A stretch of DNA of 58,358 nt from Candidatus Berkelbacteria bacterium Licking1014_7 (GTDB taxonomy: Bacteria > Patescibacteriota > UBA1384 > GWA2-35-9 > CG2-30-39-44), in contig VMGK01000002.1 in the NCBI GenBank assembly GCA_007376535.1, forward strand, positions 1 through 58,358, read 5' to 3'. The position numbers and the translations under genes were made by a program. The notes beneath the pieces were generated by a model that had not been told where the DNA came from, did no database searches, and was given only the letters and a program-made list of their open reading frames with translations. Positions within the stretch are counted from its first letter, which is position 1. Every line of letters begins with the position of its first letter. This document shows positions 1 to 9,098 of this stretch, one piece after another.

Positions 1-3
1 GCA

Positions 4-119
4 AAATGACCCCGAACATCCCGCCTTGGCGGGAATACGGGGCAGGCATATCAAAAATTAAAAATATTTTTGCATTTTGATATTTGTTTTTGCTTTTTGC
101 TGTTTGATTTTTGATTTAA
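4..119. repeat. composite intergenic repeat (AT-rich arm plus GC hairpin CCCCGAACATCCCGCCTTGGCGGGAATACGGGG); inverted partner at 13394..13509
   Basis: The reverse complement aligns by eye to 13394..13509 with about 8 mismatches over about 112 nt. Confidence 0.85.
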
Positions 120-153
120 GTTTTTCATTCTTCTTTTTTAATTGTAATTTGAT

Positions 154-1122
154 TTATTCTACCCCAAAAATATAACTGGCAATAATTATTTTATCCATTG
201 GTTTTTGAATTGATTGGATAGCGCCGCTTAGAGTAGCGTCAGTAGAGTTTGTTTTGTCAATATAATAAATTTCATCATTATTGATAAAAATATTTGATAA
301 ATTTGTCTTCTTTAAGGAAATTTTTTTGATATTTTTATTTTTATCTAGTGAAAACATTTCAGGCGAATTTTCGTTTGAATTTGGCTTTGTCTTTTGCAAA
401 AATATAATCTCGGAATTCTTCCAAGCAATTTCAACCAAGTTATTTTCTGTCTCGTAAAAATTTTCTATTTTGTCCTGAGAGAAATCATAAATTTTTATCA
501 TTGATCCGCCTGACGGCGAATTTTCAGAAATTACCAAAGTGTTGTCCGCAGAAAGACCCATTGACATGATATTGTTTTGCGTGCGATAAATTTGTCTTTT
601 ATTTTCGCCGTTTAACTCTGCGGAAAAAATGGTAAAACCATAATCCTTTTCTACGTTTGAAAAACTTGTATAAATAATTTTTTTATTATTTTTTGAAATA
701 ACCGGCAGATTATAAGTATAAAAATTTTCATTGATAATTTTTTTGTTGGCTTTTTGATCGGTTGTGATTTGGACTAATCTTTTTTTGGTTTCGTCTGTTG
801 TTCCTTCAAATACAATGATATTTCCGTTATCCATTGATAGCGCTTTGATGATTTTAAATTCTTCGTCTTTGTCAAAGTAAAATCTTTTGGTTTCTTTGAC
901 GGATTCTGTATATCGGTATAAATTGGTTTGGTTTGGCTCAATCAGCGCGTAAAAAATTTTGCGATCGCTTTTAAAATCGAAAATATCATTGCTAATTGTA
1001 TTATTCTTTTTCTGTGAATTATCTGTTCGTTTTCCCAGACCTTGAGAAAAAAACCAAATAGAGACAACAAAAAATAATATTGTCAAAAAAAATATCGGTC
1101 TTTTACGATTAGTAGGCATCAT
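154..1122 (-). CDS. membrane-anchored PD40/TolB-like beta-propeller repeat protein (family tentative)
   Basis: 322-aa ORF with N-terminal TM helix IFFLTILFFVVSIWFF. Recurrent strand repeats end in IY/IF (KKIIYTSFS, ENKRQIYRT, SMIKIYDF). Its start overlaps the 3' end of secY by 14 nt. Confidence 0.5.
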   Translation of the reverse strand: MMPTNRKRPIFFLTILFFVVSIWFFSQGLGKRTDNSQKKNNTISNDIFDFKSDRKIFYALIEPNQTNLYRYTESVKETKRFYFDKDEEFKIIKALSMDNGNIIVFEGTTDETKKRLVQITTDQKANKKIINENFYTYNLPVISKNNKKIIYTSFSNVEKDYGFTIFSAELNGENKRQIYRTQNNIMSMGLSADNTLVISENSPSGGSMIKIYDFSQDKIENFYETENNLVEIAWKNSEIIFLQKTKPNSNENSPEMFSLDKNKNIKKISLKKTNLSNIFINNDEIYYIDKTNSTDATLSGAIQSIQKPMDKIIIASYIFGVE

Positions 1123-2398
1123 ATTGTCTTGTTATGAGATGCGCTTTAAGTTGATTTGATGTTTCAAAAACCACTGAGACCAAAATTAGTAAACTTGTTC
1201 CGCCCAATACCAAGGTGGTTATACCGGTAAATGACTGAATAATAAATGGTAAAATCGCAATCACGCCCAAAAATAGCGATCCGGGAAAGGTAATTCTTTT
1301 GATAATTTTATCAATATAATTTTCCGTTTCTTTGCCCGGTCTTATGCCGGGAATAAACCCGCCTTGTTTTTGCAAATTTTCCGCCACTTGTTTGGGCTGG
1401 AATACAATTGAGGTGTAAAAAAATGTGAAAGCCACGACTAAAATAAAATAAGTTGCTCCGTAAGAAAATGAATTTGGATCAAAAAATTTAACAATCATTT
1501 TTGCAAAATTAGCGATAATTGGCGACTGGGCTTTGGTAAAAAAATTAGCCAAAAGTCCGGGAAAGACAATTACTGATAAAGCGAAAATTATCGGTATTAC
1601 GCCAGCAGTATTGATTTTCATTGGCAAATATGTGTCTATCAAGCCGCGCGACGATCTGCTTTGAATTTTTCTGGCATAAGAGATAGGGATTTTTCTGATC
1701 GCTTCGTTCATAAGCACAATAAATATTATTGTTGCGATCGCAATAAAACCAAAGACGATTAGTCCGTACAATTTTGTCGTGTCCACTTCACCAGATCCAA
1801 AGACAATGGCTGTGGTGTTGCCTATTTGTTCCGGAATTCCGCCCAAAATTCCAACGGTGATGATTAGAGAAATTCCATTGCCAATCCCTTCTTCTGAAAT
1901 AATTTCGCCCATCCACATCATAATTATAGTCACAGCCGTAGAAATGAGCAAAACATTAATTAATTGAAAGGAACTAAATTGACCGATAATATCTTGGCTT
2001 TTAAGCAGCGCGATCATACTAAATGACTGAATAAGCGACAGCGGCACAGTAAGCATTCTGGTATATTGATTGATTTTGTGTTTTCCCTGCTCACCTTCTT
2101 TGTTTAATTCGTCAAGCGAAGGAATGATAAAAGTTAGTAGTTGTAAAATTATTGAAGCGGTAATGTACGGACCGACGCCCATTAGACCAATGCTAAAATT
2201 TGATAAAGTTCCGCCAGAAAAAATATCAAGCAAACCCAAGATTTGATTTTGCGAGAAAAATTCTTGTAATGTCTCTCTGGTAATGCCCGGAATCGGAATC
2301 TGGGTAATGAAACGAACAATAATTAGCAGTATTATGGTGAGGAGAATTCTTCGGCGCAAGTCCCTTAAAACAAAAATTTTTTTAATACTTGATAACAT
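1109..2398 (-). CDS. secY: preprotein translocase subunit SecY
   Basis: 429-aa polytopic membrane protein with a SecY-like N-terminus ([26 protein letters not shown]), sitting directly after rplO. Confidence 0.95.
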   Translation of the reverse strand: MLSSIKKIFVLRDLRRRILLTIILLIIVRFITQIPIPGITRETLQEFFSQNQILGLLDIFSGGTLSNFSIGLMGVGPYITASIILQLLTFIIPSLDELNKEGEQGKHKINQYTRMLTVPLSLIQSFSMIALLKSQDIIGQFSSFQLINVLLISTAVTIIMMWMGEIISEEGIGNGISLIITVGILGGIPEQIGNTTAIVFGSGEVDTTKLYGLIVFGFIAIATIIFIVLMNEAIRKIPISYARKIQSRSSRGLIDTYLPMKINTAGVIPIIFALSVIVFPGLLANFFTKAQSPIIANFAKMIVKFFDPNSFSYGATYFILVVAFTFFYTSIVFQPKQVAENLQKQGGFIPGIRPGKETENYIDKIIKRITFPGSLFLGVIAILPFIIQSFTGITTLVLGGTSLLILVSVVFETSNQLKAHLITRQYDAY

Positions 2399-2786
2399 TT
2401 TTCAGGGTTTTAGAGGTTGGAACTAAATATTTGAAATGTTTAGTTGGTTTTTTGTCCGCCAAAATTTTTACATTATTTGTTTTGGCAATTTTATGTTTTA
2501 TAAGCGCTTCAATGGTTATTTCGTCGTTTATCTTAAAATGTTTTTCAATCAGAGAATATTTGATTATTTGCGGTTTGGCTTTTTTTGAGCGAAAGCCCTT
2601 GAATTTTGGAATGCGCGCCGCTAATTTGGATTGACCACCCTCAAAAGCGCGTGGCAGATTATAACCACTGCGGGATTTTTGACCCTTGTGTCCCCGGCCC
2701 GAGGTCTTGCCTTTACCACTGCCAGGGCCCCGGCCAACTCTCTTATTTTTTTTGAATGGTTTTGACAAAAGGTTGTTTAATATCAT
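2382..2786 (-). CDS. rplO: 50S ribosomal protein L15
   Basis: [26 protein letters not shown] motif and spc operon position. Confidence 0.93.
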   Translation of the reverse strand: MILNNLLSKPFKKNKRVGRGPGSGKGKTSGRGHKGQKSRSGYNLPRAFEGGQSKLAARIPKFKGFRSKKAKPQIIKYSLIEKHFKINDEITIEALIKHKIAKTNNVKILADKKPTKHFKYLVPTSKTLKNVIKY

Positions 2787-2919
2787 TTTTTTGTTTTTGT
2801 TTAAGAACCCATTTCAAAAATCAATTGGCAGTTGCAACAGGAGATATTATGGCTACAAAACAAGAAATACTCGTCATCGTAGCTTTGGCTGCGCTTCCTC
2901 ACATGTTCTTGTTTTTCGC

Positions 2920-3426
2920 CTATAATCTCTCCTGTTTCTCTCCTAATTGAGTTTTGAAACGGGTTCTTAATAAATTTTCTGTTGCTTTTAATTTTCTTAA
3001 AGCCAAAAAAGTGGCTTTGACATTGTTAATTTTGTTATTTGAGCCAAAAATTTTTGCCACAATATTTTTAATTCCCGCCACTTCAATCACGGCGCGCACC
3101 GCGCCGCCAGCAATAACTGAAGTTCCGGCTGGCGCTGGTTTCAAAATTAAATTGGCTGAATTATATTTAGCGCGGATTGGATAAGCAATCGAATCGTTTT
3201 TAATAGTAATTTTAATCATTTTCTTTTTGGCTTTTGATTTGGCTTTATTGATGGCTTCGGCAACTTCTTTGCCTTTGCCAACCCCAAAGCCCACTTTCCC
3301 TTTTCTGTCTCCAAGAACCAAAAGTGCCCGAAACGAAATTCTCCGTCCTCCTTTGACTGTTCTTGATACGCGGTCAATATGAATTACTCTTTCCTCAAAC
3401 TCAGATTGTTTTTTGTGTTCTGGCAT
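2920..3426 (-). CDS. rpsE: 30S ribosomal protein S5
   Basis: VIHIDRVSRTVKGGRRISFRALLVLGD...GFGVGKGKEV motif. Confidence 0.95.
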   Translation of the reverse strand: MPEHKKQSEFEERVIHIDRVSRTVKGGRRISFRALLVLGDRKGKVGFGVGKGKEVAEAINKAKSKAKKKMIKITIKNDSIAYPIRAKYNSANLILKPAPAGTSVIAGGAVRAVIEVAGIKNIVAKIFGSNNKINNVKATFLALRKLKATENLLRTRFKTQLGEKQERL

Positions 3427-3430
3427 AAAA

Positions 3431-3715
3431 TTATATCTTAATTTTTGTATCTCTTAATGCCTGGATAAAATTTTTAATTCTACCGTGGTATTTTTGTTTT
3501 TTTCTGTCAAAAAAAATATTAGTAATTTTTTTATCCTGAATTTTTTGCGCTAAGTCCTTGCCGATTTCGTAGGCGATTGATAATTTTGCGCCATTTTTTT
3601 GTTTGCCTTTTGAAGTGGCGCTTGCCACTACAAAACCGGATAAATCAGCCACTTGTCCTGAAATATGTTTTAAGCTTTTTGAAATTGTCAGTTTGTATTG
3701 TTTTTTATTTGACAT
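3431..3715 (-). CDS. rplR: 50S ribosomal protein L18 (short N-terminus)
   Basis: C-terminal FDRKKQKYHGRIKNFIQALRD resembles the L18 FDR..y.YHGRV motif. Sits between rplF and rpsE. Confidence 0.85.
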   Translation of the reverse strand: MSNKKQYKLTISKSLKHISGQVADLSGFVVASATSKGKQKNGAKLSIAYEIGKDLAQKIQDKKITNIFFDRKKQKYHGRIKNFIQALRDTKIKI

Positions 3716-3849
3716 AATTATTAAATTAAAATTAAGAAAGCAGAAATAAGAATTTAAATTAGAAATAAAAGGCGAATTATTTTGAATTTTTTATTTAATT
3801 TCTTCTCCGCCAGCTGACGGACTACATTCTTAAGGGTAAATTCGTTATT

Positions 3850-4395
3850 TTAAGCGCCGGCGGTTTTGGCGGCTTTACCCGGTTTAAGTTTGATTAATTC
3901 ATTTTGATAACGAATTCCTTTTCCTTTATATGGATCAGGTTTTTTGAGCGATTTAATTTTCGCGGCAAACTCGCCTACTTTTTGCTTATCAATGCCTGAA
4001 ATAGTAATTAAATTTTTCTCCGTTTGTACTTTTATATCTTTGGGAATCTCGATTTCGATTGAATGGGAAAAACCTAAATTCAAAATAATTTTATTATTGT
4101 CCATACTCACGTCATATCCGACACCTCTTACTTCTAAGATCTTTTCAAAACCTTTGCTTACGCCAATAATCGCATTGCTCAAAAGCGACCGGTATAAACC
4201 GTATTTTGGTTTAGTGTAAGAATTTTTTTGGGAGCAAGAAAGTTTTATCAAATTATTTTCAATTTTAATTTCAATGAATTTGGGAAATGTTAATGTCAAA
4301 ATTCCAAGCGGACCTTTGATTTCTACAATGGTTTCATCAACATTTATTAAGACCCCCGGTTCTAATGTAATTGATTTTTTTCCGATTCTGCTCAT
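3850..4395 (-). CDS. rplF: 50S ribosomal protein L6
   Basis: MSRIGKKSI start with two-domain L6 length and operon position. Confidence 0.95.
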   Translation of the reverse strand: MSRIGKKSITLEPGVLINVDETIVEIKGPLGILTLTFPKFIEIKIENNLIKLSCSQKNSYTKPKYGLYRSLLSNAIIGVSKGFEKILEVRGVGYDVSMDNNKIILNLGFSHSIEIEIPKDIKVQTEKNLITISGIDKQKVGEFAAKIKSLKKPDPYKGKGIRYQNELIKLKPGKAAKTAGA

Positions 4396-4778
4396 GCTAC
4401 CTCACAAATAATTTCTCCGCCTAACCGTTTCTTTTTAGCGGTTTGGTGGGTCATTACGCCTTCTGGCGTGGACATAACAATGATTCCATAGCCCAGTCGC
4501 GGTCGGGGAATATTTTTTGCCTGGCTATAGGCCCGGCGGCTGGGTTTTGAAATTCTTTTGATTAAATTTATCGCCGGGAAATCATCAAAATATTTTAAAT
4601 CAATCTGGATGGATCTTTTTATCTCATTGTATTTAAAATCTTTGATATAGTTTGTTTTTTTAAGCACTCTTAAAATCTCTATTTTGATTTTAGAAAATGG
4701 CGTGCTTACATTCGCTTTGTTTTGCGAGTAACCATTTTTTATGCTTACCAACATATTTGAAATTGGATCTTGTGTCAT
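4392..4778 (-). CDS. rpsH: 30S ribosomal protein S8
   Basis: DPISNMLVSIKNG start and GGEIICEV C-terminus. Confidence 0.95.
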   Translation of the reverse strand: MTQDPISNMLVSIKNGYSQNKANVSTPFSKIKIEILRVLKKTNYIKDFKYNEIKRSIQIDLKYFDDFPAINLIKRISKPSRRAYSQAKNIPRPRLGYGIIVMSTPEGVMTHQTAKKKRLGGEIICEVA

Positions 4779-4843
4779 TATTTTTTGTTAATTTTTTACC
4801 ATGATGACCTATCACTTTTAACAATTTTTAAAATATTTTCGCA

Positions 4844-4966
4844 GGATAATTGACTTCGACGCCATCCGCAGCCGAGCGGGCACGGTGGTCGCCGCGGCGA
4901 CCGAGCGAGGCGAGGACGAGCGAGGAGCCACGCTGGGGCGACGAGCGTGCTGAGAAGCAATTATCC
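4844..4966 (+). repeat. GC-rich 123-nt element (module C, full copy) with 9-nt terminal inverted repeats GGATAATTG/CAATTATCC and a central 16-nt palindrome GGTCGCCGCGGCGACC
   Basis: Truncated copies lie at 44891..44986 (reverse orientation) and 52578..52670. Sits between rpsH and rpsN. Confidence 0.85.
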
Positions 4967-5006
4967 AAGAAAATATAACATAAAGCCGAATTTTGTGTAA
5001 GTCGTG

Positions 5007-5192
5007 TTACCATGATGATTTTTGGATGCCGGGAATTTCACCGTTGCTGGCTTTTTCTCGAAAACATATTCGGCACATTCCGAATTTTCTAATATAACCT
5101 TTTGGTCTGCCACAAAGCCGGCAGCGATTTTTTTTTCGGGTAGAAAATTTTACCTTTTTTTCTGATTTTGCGACTTGTGATTTTTTAGCCAT
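5007..5192 (-). CDS. rpsN: 30S ribosomal protein S14, zinc-binding type Z
   Basis: 61 aa with CRLCGR...CRICFRE (CxxC-x12-CxxC). Confidence 0.93.
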   Translation of the reverse strand: MAKKSQVAKSEKKVKFSTRKKNRCRLCGRPKGYIRKFGMCRICFREKASNGEIPGIQKSSW

Positions 5193-5197
5193 AATTG

Positions 5198-5254
5198 TTA
5201 AATAAGAATTAAGAATTAAGAATGAAGAAATTAAATTATAATTAAGAAATTTTT
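5198..5254. repeat. 57-nt AT-rich module D (AATAAGAATTAAGAATTAAGAATGAAGAAATTAAATTATAATTAAGAAATTTTT)
   Basis: Identical to 18298..18354. Both copies abut the start codon of an r-protein gene (rpsN, rpsL). Degenerate copies lie at 18456..18494, about 37110..37170 and about 46690..46750. Confidence 0.9.
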
Positions 5255-5362
5255 GATTTACCTGCCCGCCAAAATGAAATCTATTTGCAGATTTCTATAA
5301 TTAGAATACTGCAAGAGATTGAATGACGGCGGGAAAGAATGCCAGCCGGATTCTTCATTTGT

Positions 5363-5905
5363 CTATTGTTTTGCAACCGGCAAACCGATAACTTCTAATA
5401 ATTTTTTGGCATATTCGACTTTTTTTGCTTTGACGCAAATGTTAATCCCGATGCTTTGGATGTGTGTAACATTTTCATACATAATTTCAGGAAAAACCGC
5501 ATATTCTCTAATTCCCAGATTAAAATTTCCGTGGCTATCAAATTTTGCATTTAAACCCTTAAAGTCCCTGACGGCCGGCAAGGCAAAATTGATTAATTTA
5601 TACAAAAACTCATACATTTTTTCATTGCGCAATGTTGTCATCATCGCGACTGTTTCGCCGGTTCTTAATTTAAATTCCGCAATTGAACGTTTGGATTTGA
5701 TGAATTTTGGTTTTTGTCCGGTAATTTTTTCAATATCTGCGGCAATTTTTTGCACAGTTTCTTTTACATCGCGAATTTTTGCCATTCCAACATTAACAAT
5801 AATTTTTTCAATTCTGGGCAATTCATAAAATTTTTTTATCCCTAATTTTTTGGCTAACTCGGGGTAAATTTTTTTTACCAATTTTTGTTTGAATTGACTT
5901 TTCAT
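5363..5905 (-). CDS. rplE: 50S ribosomal protein L5
   Basis: LPRIEKIIVNVGMAK motif and operon position. Confidence 0.95.
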   Translation of the reverse strand: MKSQFKQKLVKKIYPELAKKLGIKKFYELPRIEKIIVNVGMAKIRDVKETVQKIAADIEKITGQKPKFIKSKRSIAEFKLRTGETVAMMTTLRNEKMYEFLYKLINFALPAVRDFKGLNAKFDSHGNFNLGIREYAVFPEIMYENVTHIQSIGINICVKAKKVEYAKKLLEVIGLPVAKQ

Positions 5906-5909
5906 AAAG

Positions 5910-6245
5910 TTATTTCGCAGTGGGTCTATCTAAGTTTTTCAAGCATTTGGCGCAATATCTTATTTTTTTACCACTGTCAATTTTAATTTTAATTTTCGTG
6001 ATTTTTTGGCAATTTGGGCAAATTATTCTTACATTGCTAATATCAATTGGGTGTTGAATATCAACAATTCCGCCTTTGGGGTATTTGGACGAGGGTTTGG
6101 CGTTTTTCTTCAAAATATTTGCGCCATCAAGCCAGACCTTTCTGTTTTTGGCAAAGACCTTATTCGCAACAACCATTTTTCCCCTATCTTTTCCCGCGCA
6201 TATTCTTACAGTATCGCCTTTTTTTATTTTGGTCTTATAATTCAT
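5910..6245 (-). CDS. rplX: 50S ribosomal protein L24 with Cys4 C-terminal tail
   Basis: KOW motif KKGDTVRICAGKDRGK. C-terminal CPNC...CAKC. Confidence 0.9.
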   Translation of the reverse strand: MNYKTKIKKGDTVRICAGKDRGKMVVANKVFAKNRKVWLDGANILKKNAKPSSKYPKGGIVDIQHPIDISNVRIICPNCQKITKIKIKIDSGKKIRYCAKCLKNLDRPTAK

Positions 6246-6249
6246 AAAT

Positions 6250-6615
6250 TTAAATTACTTCTTTGGCAAGCGAAATGATTTTTTTATATTTGGTATTCCT
6301 GATTTCGCGCGGAATTGGTCCGATAATTCGGGTGCCTTTAATTCCCTCATCCGCGACTATAACCACGGCGTTTTGGCTGAATTTAATTGATGATCCGTCG
6401 CTTCGTCTAATGGGTGAGGTGGTGCGCACGACGATGGCTTTAACCACGGTTTTTTTCTTGATTTGTGAAAGCGGGGTGACTAAAATCGCGCTTGCCACTA
6501 CAATATCGCCCACCCGCGCTGGTTTTTTGGGACCTCTTCTTGAGGGTTGAATAACTCTAATTTGTTTTACGCCGCTATTATCAGCCACGGCGCAGATTGA
6601 TCTTGACTGCAACAT
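6250..6615 (-). CDS. rplN: 50S ribosomal protein L14
   Basis: MLQSRSICAVADNSGVK start. Confidence 0.95.
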   Translation of the reverse strand: MLQSRSICAVADNSGVKQIRVIQPSRRGPKKPARVGDIVVASAILVTPLSQIKKKTVVKAIVVRTTSPIRRSDGSSIKFSQNAVVIVADEGIKGTRIIGPIPREIRNTKYKKIISLAKEVI

Positions 6616-6636
6616 AATATTTTAAACTTTACATTG

Positions 6637-6909
6637 TCATTTTGAGATTTGAATTTTGAGATTTGGATTTGAGATAGATTTATTTTTACTGATTATTTTC
6701 CATTTTTTATTTTTTGAAATTGGTCTGGTGGATTCGATTTCAACCATGGCGTGTTTTTCAACATTTTTTCCGTTAGTGTCAACTAAGTAATTTTTATGGG
6801 ATTTGTATCTTTTTTTATAAAGCGGGTGAATTTTAATTGTTTCAACTTTTACCTTAACTGTTTGAACGTCAATGATGGTGGTGATTTCGCCGATAAGTTT
6901 TTGCTTCAT
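6637..6909 (-). CDS. rpsQ: 30S ribosomal protein S17
   Basis: HPLYKKRYKSHKNYLV motif and operon position. Confidence 0.9.
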   Translation of the reverse strand: MKQKLIGEITTIIDVQTVKVKVETIKIHPLYKKRYKSHKNYLVDTNGKNVEKHAMVEIESTRPISKNKKWKIISKNKSISNPNLKIQISK

Positions 6910-7118
6910 TTGATTTCCTCTAAAATTCTTTGATTAATTAATGTTTTAATTTGCGCGATTTGTTTTTTAAGTATTTTTACTTTTCCAGTATTTGAATTTT
7001 TTTGGGTCGCAATGGCAATTTTAATATTACGCAATTCGGATTGCAATTTTTCCAATGTTTCAAATAATTTTTTAGTCGCTAATTTATTGAATGTTATCAA
7101 ATCCTGCTTTTTTTTCAT
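6906..7118 (-). CDS. rpmC: 50S ribosomal protein L29
   Basis: 70-aa helical protein between rplP and rpsQ. Confidence 0.85.
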   Translation of the reverse strand: MKKKQDLITFNKLATKKLFETLEKLQSELRNIKIAIATQKNSNTGKVKILKKQIAQIKTLINQRILEEIK

Positions 7119-7146
7119 AAATATTATTAACCTTGAATTTCGTAAC

Positions 7147-7554
7147 TCAAGGTTTTGAAATAATTTTGGTTTTGATTGGCAATTTATATTGCGCTAATTT
7201 TAAGGCCTGTTTGGCGATTGATTGTTCGACGCCGTCCATTTCAAAGATAATTCGTCCGGGTGTGACTGTGCAAACATAATGATCTACTGAGCCCTTTCCG
7301 CCGCCCATGCCTGTCTCATTGGGTTGGCTGGTGACTGGTCGGTCGGGAAAAACTCTAATCCAAACTTGACCTTCTCTTTTAATAAATCTGGTAAGCGCTC
7401 TCCGGGCGGCTTCAATTTGGCGCGAAGTGAGCCAGCCCCTTGATTGAGCTTTTAATCCAAAAGAGCCGAATTCAAGATTTTGACCTCGGTTGGAAATGCC
7501 ACGCATTTTTCCCCTAAAATGCTTTCTGTGTTTTACTTTTCTTGGAATAAGCAT
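7147..7554 (-). CDS. rplP: 50S ribosomal protein L16
   Basis: MLIPRKVKHRKHFRGKM start. The track start at 7572 is a TTG 6 codons upstream, and the ATG at 7554 matches the canonical L16 N-terminus. Confidence 0.93.
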   Translation of the reverse strand: MLIPRKVKHRKHFRGKMRGISNRGQNLEFGSFGLKAQSRGWLTSRQIEAARRALTRFIKREGQVWIRVFPDRPVTSQPNETGMGGGKGSVDHYVCTVTPGRIIFEMDGVEQSIAKQALKLAQYKLPIKTKIISKP

Positions 7555-7628
7555 AATGTAATTTAGTCGCAAAATTCAAACCTCCCCGAAAGCTATCGCA
7601 ACAGGGCAGGATCTAAACTATAACTATT

Positions 7629-7714
7629 GATAAAAATTCCAATTCTCAAGCATCAATGTTCAATGATCCCTTGAGATTTTGATTCATTGGAATTTGTAAA
7701 CGATTAGAGTAATT
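7629..7714 (+). repeat. module E copy 1
   Basis: GATAAAAATTCCAATTCTCAAGCATCAATGTTCAATGA...GGAATTTGTAAACGATT. Near-identical to 26078..26147. Reverse copies lie within 11892..12115 and 40195..40366. Confidence 0.9.
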
Positions 7715-8344
7715 TTATTTATAAATCCAAACTTTTATACCGATTGTTCCGTAAGTGGTTTGAGCATGATAGACAGAAAAGTCAATATTGGCGCGAAAAG
7801 TTGAAGTAGGAATTTGACCTTGTTGATATTTTTCGCTTCGGGCGATTTCTTTGCCAGCCAAACGACCTGACACTTGCACTTTAATTCCTTTAGCGCCCGC
7901 ATCTTTGGTTTTAGCGATGGCTTGTTTAATTGCTCTTTTGTAATGCATTCTTTTTGAAATTTGATAACCAATATTTTCCGCCACAATTGTGGCTGATAAT
8001 TCTGGTTTTTTGTATTCCATAATTTCAAGGTGAAGGTTGGTCTTTTGGTTTTTAAAAACTTTTTTTAAAATAAAACTTTTAACATCGTTGATTCCTTGTC
8101 CTTGTCTGCCGATCAAAAGACCGGGTTTTGAAGTGTGGATTTGAACCTTGATTTCGTCGGCGCTTCGTTTAATGATAATTTTGTCTATGCCGGCTGATGG
8201 TCCGACTTTTTCGGCGATCGCTTTTCTGATTTTTGCGTCTTGAATTAAAAATTCTGTATACACTTTGCCTTTAGCGTACCAAATACTGCGCCAATTTTTA
8301 TTTAACGGCAACCTAATTGAAATCGGATTAACTTTTTGTCCCAT
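7715..8344 (-). CDS. rpsC: 30S ribosomal protein S3
   Basis: MGQKVNPISIRL start and KH/S3-C domains. Confidence 0.95.
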   Translation of the reverse strand: MGQKVNPISIRLPLNKNWRSIWYAKGKVYTEFLIQDAKIRKAIAEKVGPSAGIDKIIIKRSADEIKVQIHTSKPGLLIGRQGQGINDVKSFILKKVFKNQKTNLHLEIMEYKKPELSATIVAENIGYQISKRMHYKRAIKQAIAKTKDAGAKGIKVQVSGRLAGKEIARSEKYQQGQIPTSTFRANIDFSVYHAQTTYGTIGIKVWIYK

Positions 8345-8451
8345 TTTTGTATTTAATTTAATTATAAATTGAATTCAAGGTTTTGAATTTTGGATTACAT
8401 TTTGAGATTTGAGATTTGAGATAGATTTATTTTTAGGTAAGTCGGGTAATT

Positions 8452-8784
8452 TCATTTTTTTGATAATTCTATTGTAATATGCGATTGAAATTTTTTAAGC
8501 GGGGAAGTTCTGCCACGGCTTCTGGGAATGTGTCTTTTAAGCGCTGGACCTTGATCTGCCCTGATGGCGCTAATCACAAAATCATTTTTTTCTAAATTTT
8601 TTTCATTTAGGATATTGATGCCATTTGATAGCATTTTTTCTAAAATTCTCGCCCCGTATTTTTTAATCAGAAAAAGTTTTCGTTGGGCTTTTTCAATGGT
8701 TAAATACTTAATTTCATATCCCACAATTCTTATTTTTCTCGGAGCAATTTTGGCGTATCGTTTGGTAATGTTGATTGTTTTCAT
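8452..8784 (-). CDS. rplV: 50S ribosomal protein L22
   Basis: ISPRKIRIV-like start and operon position. Confidence 0.9.
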   Translation of the reverse strand: MKTINITKRYAKIAPRKIRIVGYEIKYLTIEKAQRKLFLIKKYGARILEKMLSNGINILNEKNLEKNDFVISAIRADQGPALKRHIPRSRGRTSPLKKFQSHITIELSKK

Positions 8785-9098
8785 TTTTTACTCTTTTTTG
8801 TAGCTTCCGTTTTTTTGATTCTATCAGTTTGTTCTTGTTCTTTTGCCATTTTCCCACCATGCCTTTTGAATGTTCTGGTGGGCGCGAATTCGCCTAATTT
8901 ATGTCCGACCATTTCTTCTTTGGCTTTGACTGATATAAAATGTTTTCCATTATGCACTTCAAATTCAACCCCGATCATTTCTGGTGTTATAGTTGATGAA
9001 CGGCTCCAGGTTTTAATGGCTTTTTTGCCGTCATAGTTTTTAACTTTTTTTAATAGTTTTGCGTCTGTGAACGGTCCTTTTTTTAGTGATCGACTCAT
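8781..9098 (-). CDS. rpsS: 30S ribosomal protein S19
   Basis: [12 protein letters not shown] start and [13 protein letters not shown] motif. Confidence 0.95.
   Translation of the reverse strand: MSRSLKKGPFTDAKLLKKVKNYDGKKAIKTWSRSSTITPEMIGVEFEVHNGKHFISVKAKEEMVGHKLGEFAPTRTFKRHGGKMAKEQEQTDRIKKTEATKKSKK

Noticed and set aside
2787-2919. Hidden rpmD (L30) gene in the rpsE-rplO spacer
   Set aside because: Only 133 nt are available, and the longest ORF is about 18 codons without an SD. L30 needs about 180 nt.
4828-5013. 61-aa minus-strand ORF between rpsH and rpsN
   Set aside because: It is a translation of GC-rich repeat module C (Arg/Ser/Ala-rich low complexity). It overlaps the rpsN stop, has no SD, and the same sequence is non-coding elsewhere.
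5319-5828. Long antisense ORFs inside conserved genes (for example 5319..5828, 9099..9506, 12569..12934, 16727..17071, 33483..33887, 40557..40913, 52110..52493)
   Set aside because: They lie opposite well-supported housekeeping CDS, have low-complexity composition typical of antisense frames, and have no start signals.
6640-8435. Possible CRISPR array, suggested by recurring GAGATTTGA-type repeats and dispersed hairpin repeats
   Set aside because: The repeats are short tandem or mosaic units without regularly spaced unique spacers of 25-40 nt. Copies are scattered between genes and no cas genes are present.
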